This document shows, piece after piece, positions 1-9,592 of a stretch of 64,000 nt of DNA. Position 1 is the stretch's first letter. The number at the start of each line of letters is the position of its first letter. Location of the stretch: the IMG/VR virus record IMGVR_UViG_3300009104_001210, positions 1 to 64,000 of that record. One strand, given 5' to 3'. Position numbers and translations under genes: made by a program. The notes under the pieces were generated by a model. That model ran no database searches, was not told where the DNA came from, and saw nothing but the letters and a program-made list of their open reading frames with translations.

Positions 1-615
1 GGAACAGTTAACGCAAGTGGTGGTACATTTACGGGTAATGTTGATGTAGATGGAACACTTACTGCTGGAACTGCTAAATTTGGTGAGAATGTTGCAAGTA
101 CTAATGATGGTCTTTGGTTAGACGCTGACAATTATTGGTACGATAGTGGAGTTATGAAAGCTACATCAGGTACTGTCGGTGGTTGGACTATGACGGATAC
201 AAAATTACAAAACGCTACAAACCTTTTAACATTGGATTCACAGAATCCCAAGATATACGTTGGAAGTAGTGGTGGTAGTTCTACAAGTTTATTTCTTTCT
301 GGAGATGGTCTTTATAGAATATGGATTGGTGGCACAGCCTCAGGATCTGCCCCATTCAGAGTACATAGGGATGGTACATTAACTGCAACTGGTGTAGATA
401 TCACAGGAAATATTACAGCAACGACTGGTACATTTACAGGAACAGTTAACGCAAGCGGTGGAACATTCACAGGTAGAGTTAGAGCGGGAGATGCATATTT
501 TGGAGTAGGTGCTGATGGAGGATCAAATGACGGCATTTATTTAAACTCTAACAATTATTGGTATGATACTGGAACTATAAAAGCACAAGATGGAACAATT
601 GGTGGATTTACACTT
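1..615 (+). repeat. Internal repeat in tail fibre, ~438 nt (146 aa) period
   Basis: GTVNASGGTFTG at 1-36 recurs at 439-474. Both copies are followed by NDG(L/I)(W/Y)L...NYWYD(S/T)G..KA..GT(V/I)GG(W/F)T. Confidence 0.8.
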
Positions 616-1851
616 GGAAGTTCTAAATTAACTACTACAGGAGGAGCTAACGATCAATCTACAATTGGATTTGGTATATCTACTCCAGAATCTAAACTTC
701 ATGTTATTCAGGATGCTACTGATAGTGATACATTCACAATTGGTTCAACACCATCTTGGGAATGTAAAGATGGAAAAACTGCTTGGGCTGCGAGAATTGG
801 TGTAGATCCATATACAGGCGGAACAGCAAACAATTTTTATCAAGGTGCAATCGGTATGTTAGGTATTAAAGATTCATATCGAATACGAAATTTTGGTCTG
901 TACATGGAAACCATACAGGGTCAAAATAAAGGATGGGCTGGCAGTGATATAGATGTTAGTGGTTCTTATGGTTACGGAGTACAATTTAGTTTTGCTTCAT
1001 CTAAAGTTCAATATGGAGTAAGATCAATTCAAGCGTTTGGACCTGGCCAAGGTACTGCAGGATCTGCTACGGGTGAAATTATGCATATTGGAGCATTGTA
1101 TGATCAGGGAGATGGTTTAGATGTTCAAAGTAACACCCGCACATGGACTACAAGTGGTGGATTAATGCAGAGGGGAGTACAAATCGTCTGTAAGGGAAAC
1201 TATGATGTAGCTATAACATCACACCCAACTAATGCTTCGAATGCAATGAGGGATCTAAGTTATGTATCGGCTTTATCTTTGAATAATTTGCGTACTGGTA
1301 CTAATGGTCAATCAGCTGGACATGGTATTTTTGCTACTGGCTCACAATGGAAACATTTTATTGGTGCATCCACGTTAATTGGAGATCCTTCAGATGGAAA
1401 TAATAAAACACCTTCTTATACGTTAGATGTAAGGGGAGATATACGAGCAACAGGTAACATTACAGCATATTCTGATATTAGAGATAAAGAAAATATAGAA
1501 ACCATTTCTGGGTCTCTTGGTATAATTAATGATATTAGAGGAGTTAAGTTTGATTGGAATGAAGATTATAAATTTGAACACAGAGATAGGAATAAAGGTT
1601 CTGACCGATATATAAAAGCGCTTGCATCAGGATCAGCACCTATGTTAGATCCAAACTTAGAGGGAAGACAAATTGGCGTCATCGCTCAGGAAATAGAGTC
1701 GGTACTACCAGAATTGGTGTTTGAGGATGATAGGGGACGTAAAAATGTATCATATTCAAACTTGACAGCGGTTTTGATAGAGGCTGTTAAGGAACAACAA
1801 GAACAAATCGAAGAATTGAAACAAGAAATAAAGGAGATAAAAGATGCCTGA
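1..1851 (+). CDS. Tail fibre/spike protein with C-terminal peptidase S74 intramolecular chaperone (5' end outside window)
   Basis: Frame 1 is open from base 1 (GTVNASGGTFTG...). G/T/S-rich beta-repeat sequence. C-terminus YSDIRDKENI...GVKFDW...IGVIAQEIE.VLPELV...VSYSNLTAVLIEAVKEQQEQIEELK is the S74 signature plus coiled coil. Confidence 0.88.
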   Translation, partial: GTVNASGGTFTGNVDVDGTLTAGTAKFGENVASTNDGLWLDADNYWYDSGVMKATSGTVGGWTMTDTKLQNATNLLTLDSQNPKIYVGSSGGSSTSLFLSGDGLYRIWIGGTASGSAPFRVHRDGTLTATGVDITGNITATTGTFTGTVNASGGTFTGRVRAGDAYFGVGADGGSNDGIYLNSNNYWYDTGTIKAQDGTIGGFTLGSSKLTTTGGANDQSTIGFGISTPESKLHVIQDATDSDTFTIGSTPSWECKDGKTAWAARIGVDPYTGGTANNFYQGAIGMLGIKDSYRIRNFGLYMETIQGQNKGWAGSDIDVSGSYGYGVQFSFASSKVQYGVRSIQAFGPGQGTAGSATGEIMHIGALYDQGDGLDVQSNTRTWTTSGGLMQRGVQIVCKGNYDVAITSHPTNASNAMRDLSYVSALSLNNLRTGTNGQSAGHGIFATGSQWKHFIGASTLIGDPSDGNNKTPSYTLDVRGDIRATGNITAYSDIRDKENIETISGSLGIINDIRGVKFDWNEDYKFEHRDRNKGSDRYIKALASGSAPMLDPNLEGRQIGVIAQEIESVLPELVFEDDRGRKNVSYSNLTAVLIEAVKEQQEQIEELKQEIKEIKDA

Positions 1852-2014
1852 AGAAACACCCGTCGTTAAATGTGATTGCCCAGAATGTTCGGATACTTGT
1901 AAAAGAGATTATCCATGCCAAAGTAATGGTTGTGATTGTGATTGTTGTTGTCATGCTTCTGAATCTGGTTATTACACCATAACAGATAAAATGAAAGAAA
2001 AGGCTAATGGCTAG
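1844..2014 (+). CDS. Small Cys-rich protein (56 aa, 10 Cys), metallothionein-like or RiPP-precursor-like; not in the ORF track
   Basis: AAGGAG at 1831-1836 and ATG at 1844. Translation MPEETPVVKCDCPECSDTCKRDYPCQSNGCDCDCCCHASESGYYTITDKMKEKANG*. Overlaps both neighbours by 8 nt and fills the gap between them. Confidence 0.8.
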   Translation: MPEETPVVKCDCPECSDTCKRDYPCQSNGCDCDCCCHASESGYYTITDKMKEKANG

Positions 2015-2975
2015 AAGTAATGGAGATACTTTAGGATTAGGAGAAATGGGGTATGCAACCGGCGATAGCGCCAATACTACCACAACGGTAAGTATGCAGG
2101 ATACTTCAGGAGGAACATCTACAGTTTCATTTGATGATTTTGGAATTGATGCTTGTACTAATCCAACAGCCAATGATAGTAATGCTTTACATCCAGAAGA
2201 TACTGCTGAAACTTATACTGCAAATTTTACATCTGCAGGTTCACTTTTTTTATCTAAAATAGGAAATCAAACTCGTAATTTTACTTGGTCTATTTCCCCA
2301 GATGTCGGAGCATTTACATCAGCTGATGTAGGTGCGATATATACAGCACCATTAGTATCTTCAGATACAGCTGCAACTATATCATATAAATTTCATGATT
2401 CGTTTAATGATCACGCAACAGATTATAATACAAATAAATCAATAAGTATAACTATTACAGATACATATGGAGCAGGATGCTTTTCTTTAGATACTAAAAT
2501 TTTGTTATCTGATGGAACGGAAAAAGAAATACAAGATTTAGATATGTCTGATAAGTTAATGGGGATGAAAATGCCAGGTATGCCAACAAAAGGAAAATCA
2601 GCTGATGATTGGCATACCTATGCAAGTTGGACTACAAGCTCTATTGATTTATTTGAAACTTGTGAAGTTGAAATAGAAAGTTTGTGGTTTGATTATTTTG
2701 AAAGTTATTATAAGATTACTACAGAAGAAGATAAAGTTTTAACTGTAACATATGAACACCCTCTTTTTATATTGAGAGAAGGAATTTATCAATGGACACA
2801 TGCTCAAACTTTACAAGAAACAGATAAACTTGTAAATTATAAAAAAGAAGTAGTATCAATAACCAATATAGAGTTTAGAGATGAAGAACTTGAAACTTGT
2901 AATGTTGATGTTGAACCCGAAGACGTTTATTTTGCAGAACATTTTTTAGTGCATAATACTTTTCATGATAAATAG
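2007..2975 (+). CDS. Virion-associated-type protein with C-terminal Hint (intein-like) domain ending HN-T
   Basis: C158 (GAG-CFSLDTKILLSDG), block B VTYEHP, block F/G CNVDVEPEDVYFAEHFLVHN317, then TFHDK*. N-terminal part is S/T/D/G-rich and paralogous to 4029..5144. Confidence 0.85.
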   Translation: MARSNGDTLGLGEMGYATGDSANTTTTVSMQDTSGGTSTVSFDDFGIDACTNPTANDSNALHPEDTAETYTANFTSAGSLFLSKIGNQTRNFTWSISPDVGAFTSADVGAIYTAPLVSSDTAATISYKFHDSFNDHATDYNTNKSISITITDTYGAGCFSLDTKILLSDGTEKEIQDLDMSDKLMGMKMPGMPTKGKSADDWHTYASWTTSSIDLFETCEVEIESLWFDYFESYYKITTEEDKVLTVTYEHPLFILREGIYQWTHAQTLQETDKLVNYKKEVVSITNIEFRDEELETCNVDVEPEDVYFAEHFLVHNTFHDK

Positions 2976-2987
2976 GGATAGTATCAT

Positions 2988-3992
2988 ATGAGTTATGATG
3001 TTTATTATAGTACAGGTGGTGGTTCACTTATTATGGGGGGATCTGATGTATGGGTTAATTATTGGTTACAAAATATAGCACCAAAATTAAAACGACCATC
3101 TAAGTTATTAATTCATAGAGCACCAAATTCAATTGTAGAATTTGATTCACCAATTGAAGTTGTTTGGCAAAATGAACCTGAAGTATTTAAAAAAGTATTA
3201 GGAGAAGCTGAAAGAATTCATATTTTACATGGTTATTATCATCCTAAAAAAGAAATAATGGATAATTTGGATAAAATTTATTCTAATATCTTACACGTAA
3301 CAGTAGAAAAATCTTTACGAGCAGGTGTTTATTTAGGATTAAAAAAGTTGAAACATTTTGCTGCAAATATATCTTATGAAAAAGAAATATTAAAAGCATC
3401 TAAAAATAATATATGGATTGGAGTAGATGATACAACATATCATAAAGATAATGATATAATTGATATTCCAAATTTTTATGAATTTAAGAGAAAAAAAGAT
3501 GTGGTTATGAATGATAGAGTTGGATTTTTAGCTAGAATGGAAACAAGAAAAGCACCACACTTTATAAACGATATAGATTCTTGCATGCTTACAGATATAA
3601 GTGATGTTCAATGGTGGAGAGATAATTTAGAATTTCAATGGAATAAAACAAAAGTATTTCAATTTCAATATAAAAATTTACAAAAGTTTTTAGAAAGGGA
3701 TGATTGGGGAATATCACATTCAGCTCACGTATATGAACCATTTGGCTATTCTATATTTGAAGCAATTGATTATGGTAAGTTACCAATATTAGCAGCTGAT
3801 TGGTTATTTGGTAAGTTAGAGTATCCTTTTAGAGCAGCAAATAAACAAGAATTTGAAAATACACATTCTCAAATTTGTAAACTGAGTGAAAAAGAAAGAC
3901 AGTATTGGTTATTAAAGTTAAGAGCTTATTTATCAAGATATGATAATAAAGATGAATGGATCAACAAATATTTGGAAATATACAATTCTTGA
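2988..3992 (+). CDS. GT-B glycosyltransferase, GT4-like
   Basis: N-terminal GGSDVW loop. C-terminal EPFGYSIFEA (E-x7-E) followed by GKLPIL. Confidence 0.7.
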   Translation: MSYDVYYSTGGGSLIMGGSDVWVNYWLQNIAPKLKRPSKLLIHRAPNSIVEFDSPIEVVWQNEPEVFKKVLGEAERIHILHGYYHPKKEIMDNLDKIYSNILHVTVEKSLRAGVYLGLKKLKHFAANISYEKEILKASKNNIWIGVDDTTYHKDNDIIDIPNFYEFKRKKDVVMNDRVGFLARMETRKAPHFINDIDSCMLTDISDVQWWRDNLEFQWNKTKVFQFQYKNLQKFLERDDWGISHSAHVYEPFGYSIFEAIDYGKLPILAADWLFGKLEYPFRAANKQEFENTHSQICKLSEKERQYWLLKLRAYLSRYDNKDEWINKYLEIYNS

Positions 3993-4000
3993 TATTTATA
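3993..4000 (+). promoter_or_regulatory. TATTTATA intergenic motif (putative phage promoter)
   Basis: Exact motif in the 36-nt gap upstream of 4029. Recurs in every gap of 30 nt or more. Confidence 0.55.
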
Positions 4001-4028
4001 ATTGATAAACTATATATAGGAATGTTTA

Positions 4029-5144
4029 ATGGCAACAGATGCAAATCAAGATTTATCGTTAGGAAAACTGAGAAGAGCGGTAGATGGAAATGACTCATAT
4101 ACAGCAGAATCTAAATTAGGAGAAGATGCTGGCGGCACTACTTCTGCAGATTCAGATGTAGGAATGTCCAATTTTTCTATTTCAGCAGTTAGTTCAACTC
4201 TTTCTGGAAGTAAACACCAAGATGAAGGTACAGCTGAAACCGTAACAATGGAATTTTCAGATGCAGGTTCAAGGTTTATTTCACGAATAGCTGGTCGTTC
4301 TGAGAACTTTACTTGGGCAAAAAACAACGCCGTTGGTTCAGGAACTTATACAATAGAATCTGGAGATTATACGGCGACGGGAACAGCAGGTGCTATTTCT
4401 AGTGTAGATACAGCAAATACAGTAGGTGATGGTGTTAGGGGAACATTTCATGCTGCACATACAGGAGATTGGCGAGTAGGAATTAGTGCTTCATTTCATG
4501 AAGATGGACAATCAGATGGATATAATGATCACGCAACAAGATATAATACTGCTATAAAGAAAAAAACTCAAGTAGAAGACGTATATAATAGTGTTGCTAT
4601 AACTTGTTTTACACCTGATACTGAAATGCTTATGGCAGATGGAACATCTAAACAGATACAAGATGTACTTATTGGTGATGAGATTGTTGCTATGACATTA
4701 CCAAACGATGTAGAAGATTTTAAAGATTATAGTGTTGATAGTATAGATGGATTAGAACAAACTACAGCAAAAGTTGTTAATATGTTCTTTGATTTTGCTG
4801 ATGAGTATTATATTATTAATGGTGATATTAAAGTAACAGGAGAACATCCTATTTTTATTCAGGTTCCTGAAGGATTTTATGTAGATGTTGAAGATTCTTC
4901 TGAATTTTATTGTTGGGAATATGTTGTTAACTTGAAAGTTGGTCAAATTATGTATAATAAGAATTTGAATGAAGTTCCAATTGATGTTATTGAGAAAGTA
5001 GAAAAAGAAATAGAAATTGTAAATGTAGATGTTGATGGTCCAAATACATATTTTGCAGGTGGAGTATTGGTTCATAATAAAGGAGCAGCATCAGTATCAG
5101 ATACAGGTGATGGAATAGGACACTCATTTACTGAAGACGGATAG
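4029..5144 (+). CDS. Virion-associated-type protein with C-terminal Hint (BIL-A-like) domain ending HN-K
   Basis: C193 (AIT-CFTPDTEMLMADG), VTGEHP, VNVDVDGPNTYFAGGVLVHN350 plus a 21-aa tail. Shares AGS.F(L/I)S(K/R)I......NFTW and NDHAT.YNT with 2007..2975. Confidence 0.85.
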   Translation: MATDANQDLSLGKLRRAVDGNDSYTAESKLGEDAGGTTSADSDVGMSNFSISAVSSTLSGSKHQDEGTAETVTMEFSDAGSRFISRIAGRSENFTWAKNNAVGSGTYTIESGDYTATGTAGAISSVDTANTVGDGVRGTFHAAHTGDWRVGISASFHEDGQSDGYNDHATRYNTAIKKKTQVEDVYNSVAITCFTPDTEMLMADGTSKQIQDVLIGDEIVAMTLPNDVEDFKDYSVDSIDGLEQTTAKVVNMFFDFADEYYIINGDIKVTGEHPIFIQVPEGFYVDVEDSSEFYCWEYVVNLKVGQIMYNKNLNEVPIDVIEKVEKEIEIVNVDVDGPNTYFAGGVLVHNKGAASVSDTGDGIGHSFTEDG

Positions 5145-5180
5145 GAGCAATAAATCCTTTAATTTGAGAAGAGTTTTTTA

Positions 5181-5188
5181 TATTTATA
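5181..5188 (+). promoter_or_regulatory. TATTTATA intergenic motif (putative promoter of the first island operon)
   Basis: Exact motif 21 nt upstream of ATG 5210. Confidence 0.55.
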
Positions 5189-5209
5189 ACTGAGTAATAG
5201 CAGGTTTTA

Positions 5210-6793
5210 ATGGATAATAGGTTAGCAATAATTGTTCCTTATCGAGATAGAAGAAAACAGTTAGATGTTTTCATTCCGCATATGGATTCCTTTTTTCAAA
5301 ATAAAGGAATTGATTATCAGATAATAGTAGCAGAACAAAGAGATGATAGGCCTTTTAACAGAGGTAAATTATGTAACGCCGTGTTTGATTTAATTAAAGA
5401 CGACTTTGATTATTTTTGCTTTCACGACGTAGACTTGTTGCCATTAACAGATGATTGTGATTATTCTTATGTAGATAAACCAACTCATGTAGCAGCTATC
5501 ATTGACGATGTATATCTACCATATGAAGAGTTTATTGGTGGAGTATTCTTAATCAATAAAGAGCATTTCGAACAAATTAATGGATTTTCTGATGAATATT
5601 GGGGATGGGGATATGAAGATAATGATTTGTTAGAAAGAATGAGAAAAAATGATATTCCATTAAATACAGTTATAGATATTTCTTCTGTTTCAAAAAATCC
5701 AAGATATTCTTTTGATCAAGTACATTTACACAATAATTTTAAAACTAAGATATTAAATACTATTAAACTACATGGTGATATTTGTATAGAAGTACCAACA
5801 TCGGATTCTATAGATAATTTAACTAATGGTAGTTTTTCTTTTTCTATTTGGGCAAAACCAACAATAGAAGATTATGAACAATTTATATTATCAAGACCAC
5901 CAATTGGGTTAGGAATGTTATATACAGTAGAAGGTGAATTTAAATTTTTATTGTGGGATGAGAATGATGAAGCTCATGTTATAAAAGATTATAGAATACC
6001 AAATGAATGGTATCATTTATGTATGACATATGATACTAAAACTAAAATGTTTAGTGCATATATTAATGGTTCTTTAATAAAAACGATTAAAGTTGAATCA
6101 TTAAAAAACTTTAGTGGAGAGTGGTTTTATATTGGAGCAGATTCTTCTAATGAAAATAATTTTAGAGGAAGTGTTAGTGAAGCAACATTATGGAATGTTT
6201 GTTTAGATGAAAACGAAACTAAAAAATTATATTTTGAACAAGTAACTAATTTGATACATAGTCCAATAATGTGGCATAAGTTTGATAAGTGTTACGGAAG
6301 TTATATATTAGGTACAGAAGTTAATAGTGGAAATTTTCAAAAAATAAAAGTATATATTATGCTAGATGAATCTACTTATGAAAATAACGGAACAGTTAAA
6401 AGTTTTTCTAAGGAAATAAAACCTCTTCAATCGAAAGCTACAATAAATCCTATATTAGAAAAGATAATATTGGGTACTACTATAAAGATACCTAATAGAA
6501 GATATGGAATTTATAAAACTTTAGTTAATGATAAAACATGGAAAAGAGGAAGACAGGTTACAGATAAAGATTATGTTCATAGTAGAGTAAGACATTATAA
6601 GTCTACTGATGGAAAGGATATTGTAACTAAATTAAAATCATATGATCCAGATATTTTAGAAAATTCAGATATATTTTTTGATGAAGTTAGAGAAGGATCA
6701 GTGATTAATGTTGGTTTAAATAAATTAGATTATAAAGTTAGAAACAGACAAGAATTTGAAGATATTCATGAATGGATAGAAATAATAACATAG
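5210..6793 (+). CDS. GT7 (beta-1,4-galactosyltransferase-like) glycosyltransferase with inserted LamG domain
   Basis: LAIIVPYRDR, FNRGKLCN, FHDVD, GWGYEDND. LamG (FSFSIWAKP...WYHLCMTYD...YINGSL...YIGA...FRGSVSEATLWN). GT7 C-terminus resumes at IPNRRYG and ends GLNKLDY. Confidence 0.85.
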   Translation: MDNRLAIIVPYRDRRKQLDVFIPHMDSFFQNKGIDYQIIVAEQRDDRPFNRGKLCNAVFDLIKDDFDYFCFHDVDLLPLTDDCDYSYVDKPTHVAAIIDDVYLPYEEFIGGVFLINKEHFEQINGFSDEYWGWGYEDNDLLERMRKNDIPLNTVIDISSVSKNPRYSFDQVHLHNNFKTKILNTIKLHGDICIEVPTSDSIDNLTNGSFSFSIWAKPTIEDYEQFILSRPPIGLGMLYTVEGEFKFLLWDENDEAHVIKDYRIPNEWYHLCMTYDTKTKMFSAYINGSLIKTIKVESLKNFSGEWFYIGADSSNENNFRGSVSEATLWNVCLDENETKKLYFEQVTNLIHSPIMWHKFDKCYGSYILGTEVNSGNFQKIKVYIMLDESTYENNGTVKSFSKEIKPLQSKATINPILEKIILGTTIKIPNRRYGIYKTLVNDKTWKRGRQVTDKDYVHSRVRHYKSTDGKDIVTKLKSYDPDILENSDIFFDEVREGSVINVGLNKLDYKVRNRQEFEDIHEWIEIIT

Positions 6794-6801
6794 GAGTTGA
6801 T

Positions 6802-6981
6802 ATGATAAGTATTTTTAACGATGAAAAGAAAGTAATTGAGTTAGAAAGAATAGCGGATTGGTTACATTCTGCAACTTCAACTATGAAATTTAATAAAAGT
6901 ATGTCTCAATTTGTTATTTGGACAAATTTATTAAAATTAATGTTTACTAATGAAGTAGATAAGGAGAATACAAATGGCTAA
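6802..6981 (+). CDS. Hypothetical protein (59 aa)
   Basis: AGGAG RBS before ATG 6802 (track start 6772). Coupled to neighbours. Confidence 0.55.
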   Translation: MISIFNDEKKVIELERIADWLHSATSTMKFNKSMSQFVIWTNLLKLMFTNEVDKENTNG

Positions 6982-7186
6982 AACATTAGAAGAAAGAGGA
7001 GTAGATGCTTTAGAAAAGATATCTGAATCCTTACAAACTATAGAAGATGCCGTATTGGAGTTTGATGTTCCAGCATGGAGCGAAAGATTAGAATGGTATA
7101 TGAATGAATACTATGCTATTTTAAAAGCTAAAGTTGTTGGAAATCCAAATAGACCATCTCGTGATAGAGATGTAAATGAGTCATAA
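6974..7186 (+). CDS. Hypothetical protein (70 aa)
   Basis: AAGGAG RBS. Overlaps both neighbours. Confidence 0.65.
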   Translation: MAKTLEERGVDALEKISESLQTIEDAVLEFDVPAWSERLEWYMNEYYAILKAKVVGNPNRPSRDRDVNES

Positions 7187-8654
7187 TATAGGTCCACTCG
7201 GATTAAGATCACTTAATCCTAAGTTAGCAATAATAGTACCTTATAGAGATAGAAAGAAGCAGCTTGATAAATTTATAAAGCACATGACGAACTTCTTTCT
7301 AGATACGGATGTAAAGTATCATATATTTGTAATAGAACAAGAAGATGATAAACCATTTAATCAAGGAAAGTTATTAAATGTTGGGTTTTCTTTAGCAGAA
7401 CACGATTTTAATTATTTTTGTTTCCATGATGTAGATTTACTTCCCGAAAAGGATTGTGATTATTCGTATCCTGATGATAAACCATTACACTTAGGTGGGT
7501 TTACAAGTGAATATGATTACGAATTACAGTTTCAAGACTATTTTGGTGGAGTAACTTTGTTTAGAAAAGAAGATTATGAAGCAGCAAATGGTAGGTCAAA
7601 TAACTATTGGGGGTGGGGATTTGAAGATGATGATTTATTGTTTAGATGTAAACAAGCAGGACTTCCAATTGACACAAAGTTTTTTGGTGTAGCTAAAACA
7701 AACTGTTATTCTTATCTTGAGTTTGATGGATATGATGATTTTGTTGAAATAAAAGTTACAGATGAACTAAAAGAATTAACAAAAGATAGTTTCTCAGTAA
7801 CAGTTTCTATACATCCAGAATTACAACACCAAGTAGAAGATATTCCATACGATGAACATTTTGCTTTTTCTATACCTGGCTATCATTGTGGTTTATCTTA
7901 TACAAGTCATAGAAGATATAAAGCAGATATATTTGATTCTAATATAAAATCACAAGCAGTTCTTACAGATATAGAAACAGAATATTTTAATCATTTAACT
8001 ATGGTTTATAATAAGGAAATAGATAGATTTTTATTTTATCAAAATGGAAAATTAGTAGATTCTACAAGAATTGAAAAATTATATGATTATACTAAAGAAG
8101 AGTATTTATATTTAGGATGTGCTAATCCAGCAAATAAAGAATATTCATATAACTTTAAAGGTAAGATAGTAGAAGTTGCTATTTGGAATAACGCATTGGA
8201 TGAGGGAGATGTGAGTTCTTTATATAAAAATAATTTTGTAAGAAGTTTGACTACAAACTTTTTTGATTATAGAAGTTCGGAAAGCTTAGTTTTATATTAT
8301 GATTTTAAACATATAGTTGGAAATCAAGTTTTTGATAATAGTGGATGGTATAATAATGGTGTTATACATGGAGCAACTAACGGTAGTAAAATAGGCAAGA
8401 GAGGAAGATGGTTAACTGTACCTCATAGAAGATATGGTAGATATACTTCACAACAACATTCAAAATCAGCATGGGCAGCAGAAGGTTTACATTGGTTATA
8501 TTCAGAAACAAGAGATAATCAAACAAGATTTTTTAATAAAGTTAAAACAGGTTATGAAGATTGGCATATTGATGGATTAAATACTTTAAAATATTCATTA
8601 AATTCAAGAGAAGAGTTATCAGATAAAGCAACTATATTTAAAGTGGAATTATAA
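7176..8654 (+). CDS. GT7 glycosyltransferase with inserted LamG domain
   Basis: IIVPYRDR, FNQGKLLNVG, FHDVD, YFGGV, GWGFEDDD. LamG insert. Resumes TVPHRRYGRY...DGLNTLKY. Confidence 0.88.
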   Translation: MSHNIGPLGLRSLNPKLAIIVPYRDRKKQLDKFIKHMTNFFLDTDVKYHIFVIEQEDDKPFNQGKLLNVGFSLAEHDFNYFCFHDVDLLPEKDCDYSYPDDKPLHLGGFTSEYDYELQFQDYFGGVTLFRKEDYEAANGRSNNYWGWGFEDDDLLFRCKQAGLPIDTKFFGVAKTNCYSYLEFDGYDDFVEIKVTDELKELTKDSFSVTVSIHPELQHQVEDIPYDEHFAFSIPGYHCGLSYTSHRRYKADIFDSNIKSQAVLTDIETEYFNHLTMVYNKEIDRFLFYQNGKLVDSTRIEKLYDYTKEEYLYLGCANPANKEYSYNFKGKIVEVAIWNNALDEGDVSSLYKNNFVRSLTTNFFDYRSSESLVLYYDFKHIVGNQVFDNSGWYNNGVIHGATNGSKIGKRGRWLTVPHRRYGRYTSQQHSKSAWAAEGLHWLYSETRDNQTRFFNKVKTGYEDWHIDGLNTLKYSLNSREELSDKATIFKVEL

Positions 8655-9592
8655 TGGAAAAAATAAATAATATGAATGTTTTAATAACAGGAGGAGCGGG
8701 GTTTATAGGATCTACTTTTATTAAAAAATTACATAAATATCCTACTTTTGAAAAAGCTGGTAATTTTATATCTTTGGATAACTATTCTACAGGTACAAAA
8801 GATAATCATCTTAGAGATGATAAAAATAAAAAAATGACGGGTATAGAAGAAAAATATGTATCAGGAGATATTGGAAATCCACACCGTGATCCTGATGAAT
8901 ATAGGGAACTTGCTGGTGGTTGGGTACATTCTAGGAGAACAGGGGCAATATTTGATAATTTAATTGATTGTAATTTAACACAAGGAGATGAAAAGGAATA
9001 TGGAACACACCAAAGACTTGGTAATCCAGATTTAATAGTACATTTTGCTGATGTTCCAAGAATAACAGATACTACAAAACCATTTACAGAATATCAAAAT
9101 AAAGATTATCCATCAGATTTATTTGATACTAATGTTGTTGGAACTAAAAATATACTTGAATTTGCAAGACATGGACAGCAACCTGAAGATCGTGAAAAGA
9201 GAAAATCTTGGGGTTGGAAAAATATAGATTATTCACAAGTGTTTTATATTGGTTCTACTCCAGACAAAACTTTTTATCAGAATGATCACACATTTACTAA
9301 ATGGCAAGGAGAAGAATTGTGCAAATTTTATTATAAAACATTTGGTATGAATATTGGAATTTTTAAATTTGGAAAAGTTTTTGGTGATGAACATAAAATT
9401 CAAAAAGATAATAATTTTTATATAGGTGGTAAAGCAAGTGTTTATGATGTGGGATCAGGAGTTTATAATGATAAAGATAGAATACACGTTGATGATGTTT
9501 GTATGCAATTATTATCAATGATAGGTAAAGATCTTGGTGGAAAAACTTATCATTTAAGTGCTAATTTGGATTGGATGGATGAGTACTTATAA
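8654..9592 (+). CDS. NAD-dependent epimerase/dehydratase (extended SDR), atypical
   Basis: ITGGAGFIGS Rossmann motif. LDNYSTG; TNVVGT.NILE. The YxxxK position reads HTFTK. Confidence 0.75.
   Translation: MEKINNMNVLITGGAGFIGSTFIKKLHKYPTFEKAGNFISLDNYSTGTKDNHLRDDKNKKMTGIEEKYVSGDIGNPHRDPDEYRELAGGWVHSRRTGAIFDNLIDCNLTQGDEKEYGTHQRLGNPDLIVHFADVPRITDTTKPFTEYQNKDYPSDLFDTNVVGTKNILEFARHGQQPEDREKRKSWGWKNIDYSQVFYIGSTPDKTFYQNDHTFTKWQGEELCKFYYKTFGMNIGIFKFGKVFGDEHKIQKDNNFYIGGKASVYDVGSGVYNDKDRIHVDDVCMQLLSMIGKDLGGKTYHLSANLDWMDEYL

Noticed and set aside
2478-5078. Hint domains as selfish inteins or mobile elements
   Set aside because: They are ~160 aa with no homing endonuclease, sit at the C-termini of non-enzymatic proteins rather than in conserved enzyme motifs, and one has Lys at +1.
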